Numbered from the stretch's first letter, positions 18,631 through 29,009 are shown. The stretch is DNA of 64,000 nt from Turneriellaceae bacterium (GCA_050304475.1 JBNLDQ010000009.1:337396-401395); one strand, 5' to 3'. Program-made: numbers and translations. The notes: generated by a model from the sequence alone, not told the origin.

Positions 18631-18885
18631 ATGGCACACAAAAAGGGCGGCGGTTCATCGAAAAACGGACGCGATTCAAATGCGCAGAGACTTGGTATTA
18701 AAGCTTACGGAGACCAACTGGTTACGGCTGGTTCCATTTTAGTACGCCAACGAGGAACGGTTTTTCATCCAGGACAAAATGTCATGCGAGCGAAAGACGA
18801 CTCTCTTTTTGCAATTATCAACGGACGCGTCAAGTTTGAGCGTATTGATAAGCGCCGAAAAAAAATCTCCGTATATCCCGCTTAA
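18631..18885 (+). CDS. rpmA: 50S ribosomal protein L27
   Basis: [47 protein letters not shown] is the canonical L27 N-terminus. Confidence 0.95.
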   Translation: MAHKKGGGSSKNGRDSNAQRLGIKAYGDQLVTAGSILVRQRGTVFHPGQNVMRAKDDSLFAIINGRVKFERIDKRRKKISVYPA

Positions 18886-18891
18886 ACATTC

Positions 18892-19869
18892 TTGTATAAA
18901 TTTGTAGATGAAATTCGCATTCGGGTCAAAGCCGGCAACGGCGGACCGGGCGCCATTTCTTTTCGCCGCGAGAAATTTGTTCCCATGGGCGGGCCGGACG
19001 GCGGGGATGGCGGCCGCGGGGGCGACATCTATCTTCAACCCGACCAACGGGTATTGAATTTCTCTCATTTGCATAAAGACCGTCTCTACAAGGCCTGGAA
19101 CGGCCGAAACGGATCGGGAAACAACCGTTCCGGTTCCGACGGCAAAGATCACTCAATTAAAGTTCCGGTGGGAACGGTTGTCTATAGCGAAGAGGGCGAA
19201 CTGATCCATGATTGTCTCGATGAAACACCGTTTTGCCTGGCCAAAGGCGGGCGCGGGGGCAAAGGCAACGCGCACTTTAAAAGTTCGACCTTCCAAGCCC
19301 CTCGTTTTTCGCAACCGGGCGAAGATTCCGAACCTTTTACCATTATCCTTTCTCTTAAACTCATTGCCGATATCGGTTTGATCGGCCTGCCCAATGCGGG
19401 GAAATCGACGCTCTTAAAAACGCTGACGCATGCGGCGCCTAAAATCGGGAACTATCCATTTACAACCCTGAGCCCCAACCTCGGAACGCTGGAAATAACG
19501 CCCGCAAAAACTCTTGTCATTGCGGACATTCCGGGGATCATTGAAGGGGCTTCCATGGGGCATGGGCTTGGGCTTTCGTTTTTAAAGCATATTGAACGGG
19601 TTCGCCTGCTGGTATTTGTTCTCGATGTCGCCACCGCAAATGTGGAAGATGAGCTGAATATCCTGCGAAAAGAGTTGGATGAATATAACCCGGAATTGAA
19701 CAAACGGCCTCATTTGGTTGTTTTCAATAAATCCGATTTGGTTGACCCCGAATTTCTTTCGGAATGGATGGAATCTTTTCAAGCGCAAGGAATCCGCCCT
19801 ATCGCCATATCCGCCACGGAAAACAAAGGGATAGAAGAATTGTTATCGGCAATGCGAAAGCTGGTTTAA
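18892..19869 (+). CDS. obg: GTPase Obg/CgtA
   Basis: Obg fold N-domain (FVDEIRIRVKAGNGGPGAISFRREKFVPMGGPDGGDGGRGGDIYL) plus G-domain (GLPNAGKSTLL, DIPGIIEGAS, NKSD). TTG start. Confidence 0.95.
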   Translation: MYKFVDEIRIRVKAGNGGPGAISFRREKFVPMGGPDGGDGGRGGDIYLQPDQRVLNFSHLHKDRLYKAWNGRNGSGNNRSGSDGKDHSIKVPVGTVVYSEEGELIHDCLDETPFCLAKGGRGGKGNAHFKSSTFQAPRFSQPGEDSEPFTIILSLKLIADIGLIGLPNAGKSTLLKTLTHAAPKIGNYPFTTLSPNLGTLEITPAKTLVIADIPGIIEGASMGHGLGLSFLKHIERVRLLVFVLDVATANVEDELNILRKELDEYNPELNKRPHLVVFNKSDLVDPEFLSEWMESFQAQGIRPIAISATENKGIEELLSAMRKLV

Positions 19870-19873
19870 CGAT

Positions 19874-20644
19874 TTACTTAAACATCTCAAGCATTTTCCG
19901 GTTTTTTTCTTTTTGGTCTTCCAGCATCCGGTAATTGTATTCTTTTACAATATCAAACTCGGCAAAAATGCGCATTTTTTCTTCAACATACTTATCGAGA
20001 ATTTGTTTTTGCAAGGCCCCCATCTGTACGACGACCTGCTCTCCCCCGGAAACATTGCTGCGGAATTCTCCGTCTTCGGAAGCGACTTCTACTACGCCTT
20101 CATTTACATAAACCCCGCTGGGAACCGGCTCGTCTTCTTGATTCCCCATTGTCATTTCATCCGCCGGTTGTTGGTCTTCTTCGGTCGACTCGTCTTGAGA
20201 GCTGACTAAAAATTCGGTTCCGCGAGCGCCGGCCGTTACGGTGGGCGTTTTAATGGTCATATCGAAATTTTTGGATTTTGCAATTTTTGAATAAATTTGG
20301 CCTTGGTTCATCTCCAGGGAAACATTTTTTTGGTCCCCCGATTCTTTCATGGTTTCTACGCGAACCACAGTATTTTCGGCTACCTGGAAAATATAGTAAT
20401 CGCCAACCTGTACTCTGACCTTACCTTTTTCCGTTACAATTGTGTCCGACTCGTAAAGACGATCCTTGAGATGCAAAGGCTCCCGGTTGTCATCTCTCAG
20501 AACATAGGCTTTGCCAATGACCAAAGATACGATCCCCGCGGGTTGCCCCTGGCTTGCGGTTTTTGCATAGTACAACGAACCTGAAAAAACGGTAGTTAAA
20601 ATAATAAATACATGGACAAATGAACGAAAAAACTTTTTTTCCAT
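19874..20644 (-). CDS. FecR-domain protein (secreted)
   Basis: Signal peptide plus a FecR-like pattern: G.VSLVIGKAYVLRDD...DRLYESDTIVTEKGKVRVQ...IKTPTVTAGARGTEFLV. Confidence 0.6.
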   Translation of the reverse strand: MEKKFFRSFVHVFIILTTVFSGSLYYAKTASQGQPAGIVSLVIGKAYVLRDDNREPLHLKDRLYESDTIVTEKGKVRVQVGDYYIFQVAENTVVRVETMKESGDQKNVSLEMNQGQIYSKIAKSKNFDMTIKTPTVTAGARGTEFLVSSQDESTEEDQQPADEMTMGNQEDEPVPSGVYVNEGVVEVASEDGEFRSNVSGGEQVVVQMGALQKQILDKYVEEKMRIFAEFDIVKEYNYRMLEDQKEKNRKMLEMFK

Positions 20645-20762
20645 GACGTAAAAGTAACGATCCCCCTGTCATTGTCAAGTCACAAATTGCGTTCGAGTAA
20701 GACAAAAGACAAATAAAAAGTGGTTGATCAGGCATATATTTTTATACTATTAAGCAGCCACT

Positions 20763-21038
20763 ATGAAAGTAAGACATTATACCATCATGGGAAAAGTCCA
20801 GGGCGTAGGGTATCGATATTTTGCGCAAGATGTCGCCCGCAGCCTTTCCATCAAAGGGTGGGTAAAAAATTTATTGGACGGTAACGTGGAGTGTCTTGCT
20901 GCCGGAACCGAAGAAAACCTTGAAAATTTTGAGAAAAAAATACGCAAGGGTCCGCCGCTTTCGCGTGTTGTGAATATGGAACGCGAAATAATTTCAATTG
21001 AAGATGTAAGTGTTCCGGATGACTTTTCGGTTCAGTAA
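20763..21038 (+). CDS. acyP: Acylphosphatase
   Basis: 91 aa with the VQGVGYRYFAQ...GWVKNLLDGNVE signature. Confidence 0.85.
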   Translation: MKVRHYTIMGKVQGVGYRYFAQDVARSLSIKGWVKNLLDGNVECLAAGTEENLENFEKKIRKGPPLSRVVNMEREIISIEDVSVPDDFSVQ

Positions 21039-21091
21039 TTGCGTCAGTAAATTTTCCACCAGTGCCAATCAGATAACGTAATAACGCCGCT

Positions 21092-22018
21092 TTAACCGAA
21101 CCAGTTCGCCAATAAACCCCGTTTTTTAACGACTCTTCTCAATTTGTCCATACTATCGATGGTGGCATCATAACCCTTTTGAATGATTGTTTCATATTGC
21201 GAATGATCGGCCCAATGGATGCCGTCCAGAATTGGGTGGATTACCAGCGAAGCGTGTTTGAGTTGGTATAATTTCCGGTACTGTGCGGCAATTTCTTCGC
21301 TTCGCATCATTACATCAATCCCAGTTCGTACTTTTTTTTCAAGAAGAAACGCCGCTGAAACATCGACGGCAATGATCTTTTTCACGCCCAAGGCCAATGA
21401 AGTGTCGATCCCGATCCGGTCGAGAACGCCTCCGTCAACCAGCGAATGTCCGTCGATATTTACCGGCGGGAAAACCAGAGGCATGCTAATGGACGCTAAA
21501 ACGGCAGGCCGTAACGGACCCTCTTTAAAGATTTTTATTTCGCCTTTTTCAAGACTAACGGCGGCGCAGGCAAAGGGAATTTCAAGATCTTCAAAATTCA
21601 CATCGGGGATAATTTGATAAACCGCTTCTTTAATATCTTCTTCGGAAAGGATGCCATTGGTTAAAAGCAAGCGGCTAAACAAACCCGTCTGCCGGTAAAT
21701 GCGATTGATCCGCAAAAGCAGTTTTCGCTTGCTCGTATCGCCCGAGCCGGACCGCCAGGAGCCAAGCAGCGAATCCTGGAATTTTTCGCTCGTCAAGTGG
21801 GTAACGATCTTTTTTTCAACCCGGTCAATATTCGGGTCTAATGCATAATTGGCCCCCACAACAGCGCCCATGGAAATGCCAACGATCATATCGTAGGAAA
21901 TACTTTCTTGAGCCAAGGCGCGTATAACGCCAATATGCGCCATCCCCCGCGCGCCCCCGCCGCCCAGATTCAACGAAGTTTTGTATTTTCCATAATCGCT
22001 CATTCCACCAGGATGCAT
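21092..22018 (-). CDS. Patatin-like phospholipase
   Basis: GGGGARGMAHIGV oxyanion motif, GISMGA (GxSxG) and LVDGGV catalytic Asp motif. The start could also be ATG 22003. Confidence 0.8.
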   Translation of the reverse strand: MHPGGMSDYGKYKTSLNLGGGGARGMAHIGVIRALAQESISYDMIVGISMGAVVGANYALDPNIDRVEKKIVTHLTSEKFQDSLLGSWRSGSGDTSKRKLLLRINRIYRQTGLFSRLLLTNGILSEEDIKEAVYQIIPDVNFEDLEIPFACAAVSLEKGEIKIFKEGPLRPAVLASISMPLVFPPVNIDGHSLVDGGVLDRIGIDTSLALGVKKIIAVDVSAAFLLEKKVRTGIDVMMRSEEIAAQYRKLYQLKHASLVIHPILDGIHWADHSQYETIIQKGYDATIDSMDKLRRVVKKRGLLANWFG

Positions 22019-22021
22019 ATT

Positions 22022-23329
22022 TTATTCCGCTTTTTCTTCAACCCGGTAAAATATTTTATCAATATTCTCCAAGAAAGAAGAGGGGTCAAAAACCTTGTTC
22101 CATTCGGTGGCATGAATAGAGGACAACTTGGGATGACCGATTAAACGTTCGCGCAAGTTTTTACCTTCTTCGTTTTTCCAGACTTCCATGGCCTCGGTTT
22201 GAATAATCCGGTATGCTTCTTCTCTTGTAATTTCAAGACTTTCGGTAATTTTTAAAAGCGCTCTGGAAGAATAAATTAAACCGCCGGTATGATTCAATAC
22301 TTTGGAACAATTTTTTTCATAAACGTGCAAGCCATCCATGACAAACTTCATTTTAATGAGCATATACTCAAACAGCGAAGTTGCGTCGGGCAAAATAATC
22401 CTTTCGGCGGAAGAGTGCGAAATGTCGCGCTCATGCCAGAGACCGATATTTTGCTGGGCTGTTTGCGCATACCCTAAAAGAACCCTGGCTAGCCCTGACA
22501 TACGTTCGCAAAGAATCGGGTTTCTTTTGTGCGGCATCGCGCTGGAACCTTTTTGCCCTTTTTGGAAAGGTTCTTCCACTTCGCGGCTTTCGGTTTTTTG
22601 TAGCAAACGGATTTCCTGGGCAAGACGGGCAACCCCTTGAGCCGCTATGGAAATGGCGTTGATAAAAACAGCATGCCTGTCACGGGGTATCACTTGCGTG
22701 CTAACCGGTTCTACGTTGAGATCAAGTTTGTTTAATGTATACTTTTCAAGTTCGACAGGAACTTGCGAGTAAGTCCCCACGGCGCCGGAAATTTTGCCAA
22801 AACGCATTTCTTCAATGGCCGTTTCCAAGCGGCGGTAATTTCGCGAACACTCTTCATAATAGCCAAGGAGTTTCAACCCCAAGGTTGTCGGTTCCGCGTG
22901 AACGCCATGGGTCCGCCCAACCATTGTCAGGTGCTTATACCGTTTGGCTTGCGTTAAAAGAATTTCCAAAAATTCGCCAAACGATTTCAAGATAAGTTTT
23001 CCGGACTCTACGGCAATGACAGAAAGAGCCGTATCAACGACATCGGAAGAGGTAAGACCAAAATGGACAAAACGGGAGGAAGGCCCAATGTTCTCGGCGA
23101 GATTTGTCGTAAAAGCAATAACGTCATGATGCACTTCATTTTCAATTTCAAGAATACGATCAACGGTAAATTGCGCGTTGTTTCGTATGTTTGTCATATC
23201 TTCATCCGGAATAAGACCTTCTTTATTCCAGAATTCGCAAACATGGATTTCAAGTTTTTTCCAGACGTCAAACTTGTGTTCCAGCGACCAAAGGCTTCTC
23301 ATTTCGGGGGTTGAATAACGATCTATCAT
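22022..23329 (-). CDS. purB: Adenylosuccinate lyase
   Basis: MIDRYSTPEMRSLWS... N-terminus and the fumarate-lyase signature GSSAMPHKRNP. Start trimmed to ATG 23329. Confidence 0.93.
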   Translation of the reverse strand: MIDRYSTPEMRSLWSLEHKFDVWKKLEIHVCEFWNKEGLIPDEDMTNIRNNAQFTVDRILEIENEVHHDVIAFTTNLAENIGPSSRFVHFGLTSSDVVDTALSVIAVESGKLILKSFGEFLEILLTQAKRYKHLTMVGRTHGVHAEPTTLGLKLLGYYEECSRNYRRLETAIEEMRFGKISGAVGTYSQVPVELEKYTLNKLDLNVEPVSTQVIPRDRHAVFINAISIAAQGVARLAQEIRLLQKTESREVEEPFQKGQKGSSAMPHKRNPILCERMSGLARVLLGYAQTAQQNIGLWHERDISHSSAERIILPDATSLFEYMLIKMKFVMDGLHVYEKNCSKVLNHTGGLIYSSRALLKITESLEITREEAYRIIQTEAMEVWKNEEGKNLRERLIGHPKLSSIHATEWNKVFDPSSFLENIDKIFYRVEEKAE

Positions 23330-23411
23330 GCTGCAAACTCCAGTTCCCCAACACCCTGCCAACTCTTTTCGCAAAGAAAGCTGGCGCGAAATTATTTCAG
23401 GCCTATTGCGC

Positions 23412-23942
23412 CTACTCTTTCTCGGCCCAGTTTTTTAGTTCTCTTTTGATTTTGTTTTTGACTTTTTCGGCAATTTCTTCCCACTCTTTTTCGTCTTCTT
23501 CTTCAGCCCACTCACGGCACTTGTCATAGAATTTTTTTTCAAAGCGGCTTTCAAACTCCCGTTCAATGGTAGCCTCTACGTCATCTTTGCTTCGGCCTTT
23601 GCTAAATCGGACTTTTGTTTTGCCTTTCCCGGCGCTGCCCCAAATCAAGCCGATACCAAGGAGAAATCCGAAATCATACCAACCGCCGGTGTTATTTACC
23701 TCGTACACGCCAATGGTGTCCGAGAAAAGTCCGGCCACCAGCATAACCCAGGAAATAATGCCATGCCACAAACCTTCCCAAAAACCAGCGGGCGTTGTTT
23801 CGGTAAACCGGGCGTCGCCGGCTGTGCAACTTGCGGCAAACAACATCAGTAACCCAAGACCAAACAACCGGTTTGTCCGAATCCGATTGATTCCATTTAA
23901 AATTTTTTTCAAACCCCTGACCGGATAAATCATTTCTTTCAT
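23412..23942 (-). CDS. Hypothetical lipoprotein/membrane protein with highly charged C-terminus
   Basis: Start at ATG 23942 is preceded by GGGAG. Lipobox-like LMLFAASC, two hydrophobic segments, and a Glu/Lys-rich tail (EWAEEEDEKEWEEIAEKVKNK). Confidence 0.55.
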   Translation of the reverse strand: MKEMIYPVRGLKKILNGINRIRTNRLFGLGLLMLFAASCTAGDARFTETTPAGFWEGLWHGIISWVMLVAGLFSDTIGVYEVNNTGGWYDFGFLLGIGLIWGSAGKGKTKVRFSKGRSKDDVEATIEREFESRFEKKFYDKCREWAEEEDEKEWEEIAEKVKNKIKRELKNWAEKE

Positions 23943-24094
23943 CTTATTTCTCCCTTCGCCGTTTGTTAAATGATATTGCATAATCTACTGCGAATCCATT
24001 TTGAACATAAAAATTTACTTTTTTTTGCATAGAACATGAATCATCGCAAAAAATACCGAAAAAGATCTATTCTTTTTGCAATAAGCCAACAATT

Positions 24095-24163
24095 GCGAAA
24101 AAACCGGGCGATCCTAGCCCCCACCCATATATGGGTGGGGTGGCGGGTACGTGGGAAAAAACG
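24095..24163 (-). repeat. Intergenic repeat family 1, inverted orientation
   Basis: Stem 24119-24126/24133-24140 (CCCCACCC/GGGTGGGG) with loop atatat. Flanks are gcgaaaaaacc... and ...gggaaaaaacgg. Lies 7 nt downstream of the feoB stop. Confidence 0.8.
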
Positions 24164-24169
24164 GCCCTC

Positions 24170-26119
24170 TCAAAGACCGAAAAGCTTCATCGTATGGTTC
24201 AACAAAGTACCCATCAAAAAAGAAAAAGGAATAATAAAAAAGAAAATGGACAAAGCGACCTTCATCCCCCGCTCTTTGATAATCATAAGCAAGTTCGCAA
24301 TGCAAGGAATAAAAAGAGTAATTACGACCAGCGAAACCAACACCTGGCGCGGGTTCAGCATCCCGCGTTCATACATATGCAAAAAGCCCGCAGCGCCAAA
24401 GTCGCGCCGCAGAAACCCCATCACAAAACTGCCGGCCGACTCGGGCGGTAACCCCAATCCGTTAACCGTAACAGTCTCAAGCCACTTGTTTAAAAACGTA
24501 ATAGCGCCGCTCTCGTGCAGAACAAAAAGAATAAAAGTACCAATTAAAAAAATCGGTACCGCTTCTTTTAAATACCACTTAGACCGCATGTAAGTTTTAC
24601 GCAAAATATTGCCAAACTGAGGCACGCGCAAAGGCGGCAATTCAAGTAAAAAAAGCGTCACCTGACCGGGCAAAACCTTAGAGGCAAGATACCCCACCGA
24701 AGCCAGCGTAAAAAACAAGATCAATACCCAAGTCAACATATACCCAAACGGAATATAAGCGCCAAACGCTAAAATCACCCCAAGCTGAGCGGAACAAGGA
24801 ACCCCGAGAGCCAGCAGTAAAGTAACCAGAATCCGTTCTTTTCGCGTTTCCATTACCCGGGCCGTCATCGTCGCCATGGTGTCGCACCCAAGACCGAGCA
24901 CCATCGGCAAAATCGCCTTTCCGTTGAGACCCATCGTCTTAAAAGAAGAGTTTAACAATGAACCCATCCGGGGGAGATAGCCGGAATCTTCCAGAAAACT
25001 AAAAGCGATAAAAAAAGTAAAAACAATCGGTAAAATCAAGGCCAGGGCGTATGTGATTCCCATTGAGATTAAGCCGAATTCGCCCACGAGCAAATCAATC
25101 AACAACTGCGGGATCGGCAACGAGCTGACCGCGGCGGCAATTGCCGGAATCAAGTACTTGCCGAAAACAACCTTTTCGAGAAAATCCACCGCTATCCCGG
25201 CGCCCAATATTCCGACAAACTTATAGACCAGATAAATGACACCCAATAAAATAAAAAAACCGCTGGCGGGGCGAATGCTCCAGGTTCCCAGCTTGGTCAA
25301 CCAACCCGATTGCGAAGGCGTATCCCGGTGATACACCTCTGCCTGGAGCTTGTTTGCATTTTCCATCCAGACAAGTTGCAGTTTGTGAATATTTAAATTG
25401 TATTTCGCCAGCGTCTCTTCCGCCGAACAAATTTGTTCGTCATTGAGCAACCCCCGTACGCCCATCTCCCCATAATAGACAGACAAGGCTAATAGCGGGT
25501 GGTTCACGGCTCGGATCATATCCACCAAACCTTCTTGCACTTCTTTATGCAGTTCCAGCGACAGCCGGGAAGGTTGAAACGGTTGCTTTACGGCGCGGAT
25601 CAGGGCGCCAATGCCCTCTTTTTGAATGGCGATCGTCGGGATAACCGGAACTCCCAGAATATTGCGGAGTTTTTTAATGTCAATTTGAATCCCCAGGGAA
25701 TTCGCTTCGTCCATCATGTTCATTGCCACGACAAACGGGATACCCGCATAACTCAGTTGCAAGGCCAGGATAAGCCCGCGGCGCAAATTTTTCGCATCAA
25801 TCACTAAAATTACGCCCGGCATTTTGCCTGTCGCTCGCTCATGTCGAATCAAGATATCTCTCGTTACTTTTTCATCTTCGCTCAAGGGAACCAGAGAGTT
25901 AATCCCCGGCGTGTCGACCAAGCGTATCTTCTCTTTGCCAAAAAAACGGGCTGAGATATGCCCGGTGGTAACCTCTACGGTGGTACCGGGGTAGTTAGAT
26001 GCGGTGGCGTATTTATCGGTCAATAAGGTAAAGATAACAGACTTGCCGACATTGGGATTGCCCACCAGATAAAAGGTATGATTATCGCCATCAATGTTAA
26101 AATTTCCGTGGTGTTCCAT
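24170..26119 (-). CDS. feoB: Ferrous iron transporter FeoB
   Basis: N-terminal G-domain (LVGNPNVGKSVIF, DTPG) followed by a polytopic membrane domain; 649 aa. Confidence 0.9.
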   Translation of the reverse strand: MEHHGNFNIDGDNHTFYLVGNPNVGKSVIFTLLTDKYATASNYPGTTVEVTTGHISARFFGKEKIRLVDTPGINSLVPLSEDEKVTRDILIRHERATGKMPGVILVIDAKNLRRGLILALQLSYAGIPFVVAMNMMDEANSLGIQIDIKKLRNILGVPVIPTIAIQKEGIGALIRAVKQPFQPSRLSLELHKEVQEGLVDMIRAVNHPLLALSVYYGEMGVRGLLNDEQICSAEETLAKYNLNIHKLQLVWMENANKLQAEVYHRDTPSQSGWLTKLGTWSIRPASGFFILLGVIYLVYKFVGILGAGIAVDFLEKVVFGKYLIPAIAAAVSSLPIPQLLIDLLVGEFGLISMGITYALALILPIVFTFFIAFSFLEDSGYLPRMGSLLNSSFKTMGLNGKAILPMVLGLGCDTMATMTARVMETRKERILVTLLLALGVPCSAQLGVILAFGAYIPFGYMLTWVLILFFTLASVGYLASKVLPGQVTLFLLELPPLRVPQFGNILRKTYMRSKWYLKEAVPIFLIGTFILFVLHESGAITFLNKWLETVTVNGLGLPPESAGSFVMGFLRRDFGAAGFLHMYERGMLNPRQVLVSLVVITLFIPCIANLLMIIKERGMKVALSIFFFIIPFSFLMGTLLNHTMKLFGL

Positions 26120-26313
26120 GCGATCTTACCGGCAGCGTTGCCCAATTTATTATTTTCTACGACTGAACTGAAAATAGTTTCAATCGACAATCGGCATACG
26201 GCGTATTTCAAAAAGGGGTTATTATCATTCTCGCGCTGTCGAGTATTTTTTATCCCTCAACAGAACGAGAACAAACTTGACGGCAAATCGCAAATTCCAA
26301 GACCATTTCTTCT

Positions 26314-27750
26314 ATGAAACGATCCCTGCAAAATCCCCGCGTATTAACCGCTCTTTTTCTTATGTTTGCCGTTACGGCTTTAAATTTACTCGCCCGGTGG
26401 GAGGGGCAATCTCATTCGGCCCTTATCTGGCTCTTGCCTATTCTTTTGCTCCGCCTTTTTCGAATGAACTCTGGATTTGTCTGGATCGCCGGGACCGCCG
26501 TACTATTGGTTCTTGAAAACATCCTGACTGCGCGTCTTTCCGGGTTGTCAGACGCTACCGGTACGGTTTTTATCGGTTTGTTTACTCTTTTGTCGTTTCT
26601 CCCTTACGAGCTGGATAGACGGCTGGTGCGAAAAACAAACAGCCAAACGGACCAATTTTTTTCAACGCTGCTTTTCCCCGCTGCGGGCGTTTTGTTGGCA
26701 TTTGCCGTTTCAAAAAGCGCAGGGGCTCTTTATATGACTCCCTTTTTATTTAACGGAGATAACCCTGTTTTACTGCAAACCGCCTCTTTTGCAGGTAACT
26801 TGCTAGTGCTATTTCTTGTCTTATGGCCCGCCCCCTTAATTAATAATTATTTTGACGATCGATCGAAAACCAACCGTGCAAACCTCTTTGCCTTTTTGTT
26901 TATTTTCATTGCCACTTCCGCTTACGGAATCTTTCAAATATCAAGAGAGCTGCCCTACTCAAATGTTCGCCTCTCTATCATCGACAACCAGTTTGAATCG
27001 CCGGAATTTTATTCAGGTCAAATGGCGGTGACCGACTTGCCGCCGGAAATGGAAGAAGTGTATGAAGCGGTGCCTTTTATGCGGGCCGGTTATGCAACCT
27101 TGCAGGGCGGCGAACTGCTGACCTGGACCAAAGGGTTTTCCGTCGATACGCGTAGCTTTGAGGACTTCATTGATTCGGCGCAAAAGCTGGCCCGAAAATC
27201 AAATGCGTACATTTTTTTTCCTTTGATCAGCAATGAGAGTTCTCTGCGGGGCGATCATGAAGACAATCAAAAGCAAGACAACCCAAAGTTATATTTCGTA
27301 GGCATCGATAACCGGGGCAAGAGATTGTCTGTGCAACTCTCCACAGAGGGACCTCTTTTTGCTCACACCCCGTATGGCGCGGTCCAGTATGTCCGTCTTG
27401 ATGAATTGATGAAAATAAAAAAAACGGAAGCCGGCCTGCTGGTTGTTGTCCACGACCAGGAAAACGGTTATATGCCGCAAAGCCTCGCAATTCTCCGCGG
27501 AATCGAGTTGGGAACCAATATTGTTTTTCAAATGGACGATCGAATTCAAATGTACAGCGGGCGCGGGCGGCTTCTGCATGATGAAAGCATGACCGATGAA
27601 AATAACAAAACTGCAACGTTTATGGTGCCTTTACAAGAATTTGGCAGTTTCCCCGGCGCAGTTTCATTTGTTGCCTTGGTTATTTTTGTTTTATTTCTTG
27701 GCGCCATTGCCCGGTCTATCCGTATATTGAAACAAGAGCAAAAATCATGA
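26314..27750 (+). CDS. Polytopic membrane protein with large extracytoplasmic domain (Lnt-like topology, catalytic residues not evident)
   Basis: About 6 N-terminal TMs, a ~240-aa soluble domain and a C-terminal TM. LAILRGIELGTNIV resembles the Lnt ARMRALELG segment, but the soluble domain has no Cys. Confidence 0.55.
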   Translation: MKRSLQNPRVLTALFLMFAVTALNLLARWEGQSHSALIWLLPILLLRLFRMNSGFVWIAGTAVLLVLENILTARLSGLSDATGTVFIGLFTLLSFLPYELDRRLVRKTNSQTDQFFSTLLFPAAGVLLAFAVSKSAGALYMTPFLFNGDNPVLLQTASFAGNLLVLFLVLWPAPLINNYFDDRSKTNRANLFAFLFIFIATSAYGIFQISRELPYSNVRLSIIDNQFESPEFYSGQMAVTDLPPEMEEVYEAVPFMRAGYATLQGGELLTWTKGFSVDTRSFEDFIDSAQKLARKSNAYIFFPLISNESSLRGDHEDNQKQDNPKLYFVGIDNRGKRLSVQLSTEGPLFAHTPYGAVQYVRLDELMKIKKTEAGLLVVVHDQENGYMPQSLAILRGIELGTNIVFQMDDRIQMYSGRGRLLHDESMTDENNKTATFMVPLQEFGSFPGAVSFVALVIFVLFLGAIARSIRILKQEQKS

Positions 27751-28067
27751 TTGCGCCCCGGTTGAACAGGAAAATCATAGAAAGTGTTTTATTGTTCGTA
27801 ACTCTTTCAGCCGGCGCGTTTTCGCCATTGAACGTTTGGCCCGCCGAAGACGCTCGCGAACCGTATGAACCGAGTATACAAATGGGAAGCCAATTGGCTG
27901 ATCAAAAAGAAAATGCAAAAAGCGGGGCGAATGAAGAAGAGGATAAAAACAAGAAAGACAAAGAAACCCTTATCTTAATCTTGTTATTTGTACCCGCCGC
28001 TCTCTTGCTGGCCCTGCCCTATTACCGCGTGAGGCAATGCCGAAAAGACGATGACAACTGCCGTTAG
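27747..28067 (+). CDS. Small hypothetical protein (signal peptide plus C-terminal TM)
   Basis: ATGA start/stop overlap with the upstream gene. 106 aa with an acidic/Lys-rich middle. Confidence 0.45.
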   Translation: MIAPRLNRKIIESVLLFVTLSAGAFSPLNVWPAEDAREPYEPSIQMGSQLADQKENAKSGANEEEDKNKKDKETLILILLFVPAALLLALPYYRVRQCRKDDDNCR

Positions 28068-28085
28068 CCGCTTATTGTTCATTGT

Positions 28086-28964
28086 TCATGGCCGGGCTAA
28101 AATGTTTTTCATGACCCAGGCGAATTTTTCCGGTTCGGTATAATGAGGAAGGTGACCTCCGCCTTCAATGGTATAAAAATATGATTCCGGCAAACTGGCT
28201 TCAACCTCCCGCGCATAGTCTAACGGAAACAACCCATCGGGTACGCCCCAAATGAGATAGACAGGCCGGTCAAACAGCGCTGCCCGGTTGTTCAATAAGT
28301 AGTCGCCGCTGGTAATATCGTTAAAGAGCGCTTCATGCCGTGGCAAACTTTTTTCAGCCATTTTTTTTAAAATCCATTCGGGTAAATTTGGCGCCTTATC
28401 GCCCATCATCAGGTTTAATTTGTCGCGATACGAAGAGGCGGTTTTTGGCATGACAATATCGCGCTGTAAAAAATGAATCCATCCGGCGCTGTTGATTAAA
28501 ATAAGTTTTTTCACTTTTTCGGGGTGTTCAAGCGCGTAAAGAGAAGCGACCCAACCCCCCATGGAGTTACCCGCTATCACTACCGGCTCGTCATTGGAAA
28601 TTTCATCGACAAAAGCGTCCAACCCCCGGAGCATATCGTTCATGTTCAACTGATCTCCCTGCGGGTCGCTTTCTCCGTGCCCCGGCATGTCGGGGATATA
28701 AAGCCGGTTGCGCTCAATCAAGTATGGCACCGCTTCTATCCAGTTTGACGCATCCGTCAGGAAACCATGAAGCAGTACCAACTTCGGCCCTTCTCCGCCG
28801 GCATAATAAACCAGACGGTTGCCGTCGTAGTTCAGCTTCATTTTCGTCAGGCCTTTGCTTTCAAAATTTTTTCTTTGTAACCAAAGCCCTATTTCAACCG
28901 GGAAAAACAATGGAGGGCCGGCAAATAATGCAACCAAACCCAAAAGCAATAACCATCTCTTCAT
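28086..28964 (-). CDS. Alpha/beta-fold hydrolase
   Basis: LLHGF...GHGES and nucleophile elbow GNSMGGWVA, with a C-terminal GGHLPH. ATG 28964 is preferred over TTG 28973. Confidence 0.8.
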   Translation of the reverse strand: MKRWLLLLGLVALFAGPPLFFPVEIGLWLQRKNFESKGLTKMKLNYDGNRLVYYAGGEGPKLVLLHGFLTDASNWIEAVPYLIERNRLYIPDMPGHGESDPQGDQLNMNDMLRGLDAFVDEISNDEPVVIAGNSMGGWVASLYALEHPEKVKKLILINSAGWIHFLQRDIVMPKTASSYRDKLNLMMGDKAPNLPEWILKKMAEKSLPRHEALFNDITSGDYLLNNRAALFDRPVYLIWGVPDGLFPLDYAREVEASLPESYFYTIEGGGHLPHYTEPEKFAWVMKNILARP

Positions 28965-29009
28965 TACTCTCAACTTGGGGCCGCTGCCTTGACGTCAAGT
29001 TTTATTGAA

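Noticed and set aside
26218-26232. Fur-box-like sequence GTTATTATCATTCTC about 100 nt upstream of feoB
   Set aside because: Only the 3' half matches the 19-bp Fur consensus (10/12); the 5' half does not (about 11/19 overall). That is too weak to call without a genome-specific matrix.
28988-28999. 12-nt perfect palindrome CTTGACGTCAAG between the LysR gene stop and the hydrolase gene start
   Set aside because: It is short enough to occur by chance and cannot form a hairpin because it has no loop. It matches no regulator consensus I could name with confidence.
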